Origin: Blasia pusilla
Taxonomy: Eukaryota
Reading direction: 5' to 3'
Assembly (NCBI GenBank): GCA_050084515.1
Contig: CM114271.1
Location: forward strand, 38,688,001 to 38,752,000
DNA: 64,000 nucleotides
Shown here one piece after another: positions 61,177 to 64,000 of the stretch (positions are counted from its first letter, which is position 1; each line of letters opens with the position of its first letter). Both the position numbers and the translations under genes were made by a program. The notes beneath the pieces are model-generated. The model saw only the letters and a list, made by a program, of their open reading frames with translations. It searched no databases and was not told where the DNA came from.

Positions 61177-64000
61177 TTATATATTACCTTTAGTGTATAT
61201 AATCTTTTTTATTTGAATGTTTATATTTCCAATTGTAATGTGTATGGAAATTCTCTTTTCTATTCTAGATAATACTATGTATAATTGATAATAAGAAAAT
61301 ACATGAATAAACAAGTAAATGTCAACCTTTTGCAAAGTTTGATCTTGAGACTTATTAGTTGTCATAGCAAAATTGGCCGAATAGGGAATTGAAACCTACA
61401 TAAATCAAATGGCAAACCAAAGTCGGATGCAATCAATGGGATACGTGGAATAAAAAATCGATATCCAATATTCTTCCCTATGATGATTTCAGCATCTATG
61501 CAATGTTGCATAAATCCATGAATCACCAATCTAGTTCCATTTGCTTGTCCATGTGAGTCATTCATGTTTCATAAGAGCATTATTTGTGCACCAATCTTCA
61601 AGCACAAACGATGCGGAGGTAGTCCAAAAGACAAGCATGTATTTAAAAATTCAGTTAGATATATATGAGTCATCCCCTCATTCGGAATAGAATCGATGTT
61701 GAGGTAAACTTGCTCCTCTATACAATATGTAGTGAATAGGTGAGAAAAAATAATATTACAATCCAAACTTCTGTAATTAAAAGTTGCAATAAGAGAAGAG
61801 TAAAAATGGTTATCTATCTAGGAAATCGAGACATCACATCTCCATTTATTTCATCAACATCCCTATTTCTCAGGGTCAAAGTAGCCGTATCTCTCAAGAA
61901 ATCAATCTCATGAAAGGATTGTCGTAGATCAAGTTAATAAGATAGCCTCTATTATTACTATTAGTGAAAATTGCATATGGTAATTGAATAAAGTCTTCTC
62001 CCAAATGAGGATGCAAAGGAACACGGCTCTCCCACTTCCAATAACTAATCGGCAAAAGCTTGTTGTTCAATACACAAATGACCTTCCAACCTTTGAACTC
62101 GCATATTTGTGGTCAATTTTATCAACTTTACATTAGACCAAAGAGATGAGCTCTTTATAGTGGCTTGCACGATTCTTGGCCGATCCCCATGATGAACAAC
62201 AGGCAAAACTTGACGAAAGTCACCACCAAAAACCATGAGTTTTCCACCAAATGGTATATGTCATAGGTCATCAGAGACCGTTCCCATAATATGTTGTAAA
62301 GTGAGACTCATAGCCTCGAATGCATGACGATGAGTCATATGAGCTTTGTCCTATATAATGAGCATCGCATCACGGTGCATTGTCACTATTGACTGATAAA
62401 CTATAAACGACATAAGGAAGTAAATAAGAAAACTTCATATTTGGAGTTATGAAATTAAATATATTGATAGAATTGGACATAATACAAGTAATGGCACTTA
62501 CTTGCAAGTAGAGCTCTCATGAAGATTGATAGGGATCTTGAAGCGTGAATGGGAAGTACACCCTCCATCTAACAATAGAGCAGCTATTCGAGATGATGCT
62601 ATTGCCAAAGCGATACCGCTTACATTCCTTACACTTGCAAGAAGAAAATTTCATAAATAAGTCTTTCCCGTTCCACCTGGACCATCGATGAAATTTTTTT
62701 TGGAGATGGTGGAGCATTTGCGCATATTTTATCAAACTCATAATGTATAACATCCCAAATCAGACGTTGTCCTTCATTTAGACATAATTCTCCAAGTTTT
62801 ACTTGCTCAAATAATTCCTCAGTAGCATAGTTCTTATTCCTCCAAATATGAATGTGAATGTCCGCTTTGGAAATTAGCTTGGGGCATGTCAGGAAAGTCA
62901 GATAGTCTCTTTCCTTGATCTTGTAAGTAATAGTGGACTTCCAACAATGCACTATTCATCAAATCATCATCAACAAGAAGATTTGGAATTCATATTTTTG
63001 GCAATTCGACAATTTCATAATACATGTTTGGTAAATCAAATGGCCAAGAAAAGATACTTCTATTAAGAAGGGAGCGAATGATTTAAGGATAGTAATTTCT
63101 TACCTCACGTCGTTCATATAAGAGATCTTCTACCAATGGATTGAAGAACTGAATCCATAATATAGCTGGTTGAGCCGGTGTGTTGTAAGCTAAAATAATT
63201 ACAAATAGTCGCCAAAGTGAAGAACTAGTAGGCATCATAGCAGCTTCTTCAAAACAAGAGAATACTTCTCTATCATCCTCCAGAAGTCCTAATTGGATTC
63301 TAGCCTCTTTGAATGTTGGACATTATACTCCGTGAAAAGTTCTCAAGCATTCGTATGTAGTTGCTCCTTGGACATTATGGAGGTAATATCAACCAATGAC
63401 GTTCTCCTTCACCTATAGATGAGTGAAATAAATTAGCTCAACCCTTTCCATGATAATTCACTCATTTAGATGGTAGAATAGTGAAATCCAATATCCAAAC
63501 AAATATTTAATGAACTTTTGAGTATTCACCTCGATGAGTAAGATATAAGCGGCCAATGGGATGCCCACAACCATTTTTTTTATCCTACCAATCCATCTCT
63601 TTTTAGTCCAACGATAATATGAAGGAAAATCTATATAGAGCTATTTTGTGGCGTTTGAGTCAGATAAATTAGTTGCAAACCATTGTGTCAAATTTTTCTC
63701 TCTATTTACTTGTAACACATCTCTGGGGTCGTCAACATCATTGAAGTACACCATTTGTTGTTCCGGAAGATGAATAGCTAATCGCACAATACTTGGAAGT
63801 TCAGCATGTAGACTAAACTTGAAGAGTTGCCAACATGCCTCTGAAGAAGATATATATCTAGGAGAATAATTCCGAGTATTGAATTAAGCAGAATGAAAAA
63901 GTAGAGTGTACAAAAAAATTATACTTCAACCAAAAATCATTAGAATCATACCTCGCATCTAAATATGATGTTGTCTCATCAATGATTTCCATTGTGATGG
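61177..64000 (-). mobile_element. Helitron C (C-terminal RepHel region; continues beyond the window end)
   Basis: DETTSYLDAR, FGGDFRQVLPVV, KLTTNMRV, GLPPHRLCLKIGA, NGTRL, RFQFPIRP, TNKSQDQTL. Colinear with Helitron B, including intron positions. Confidence 0.9.

Overview
This is a transposon-dense window from a plant genome, probably a non-seed plant (inference). It contains no intact host gene. The contents are two Ty1/copia elements, three RepHel Helitrons, a chromovirus-type Ty3/gypsy element, solo LTRs and a possible badly decayed NB-ARC-LRR gene. The standout is a Ty3/gypsy lineage present as two diverged full-length copies (12554-22358 and 32810-42324, both minus strand) plus one solo repeat (23802-24442). 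Its polyprotein is ordered gag(2 zinc knuckles)-PR-[DNMT3-like C5 cytosine methyltransferase]-RT-RNaseH-IN-[PHD finger]. Both copies have split, permuted terminal repeats (sense order B-internal-PPT-A-nn-B-A) rather than two ordinary LTRs. They end TG...CA, and copy 2 and the solo have exact 4-bp TSDs. They have no recognisable tRNA-Met PBS, and copy 1 instead has a site complementary to its own predicted transcript 5' end. This fits self-primed reverse transcription and integration of a two-LTR circle at an att site inside the LTR (inference). All coding regions are frameshifted or stop-interrupted, and some stretches (about 37100-41890 and 48000-54400) look garbled enough that sequencing error is possible.
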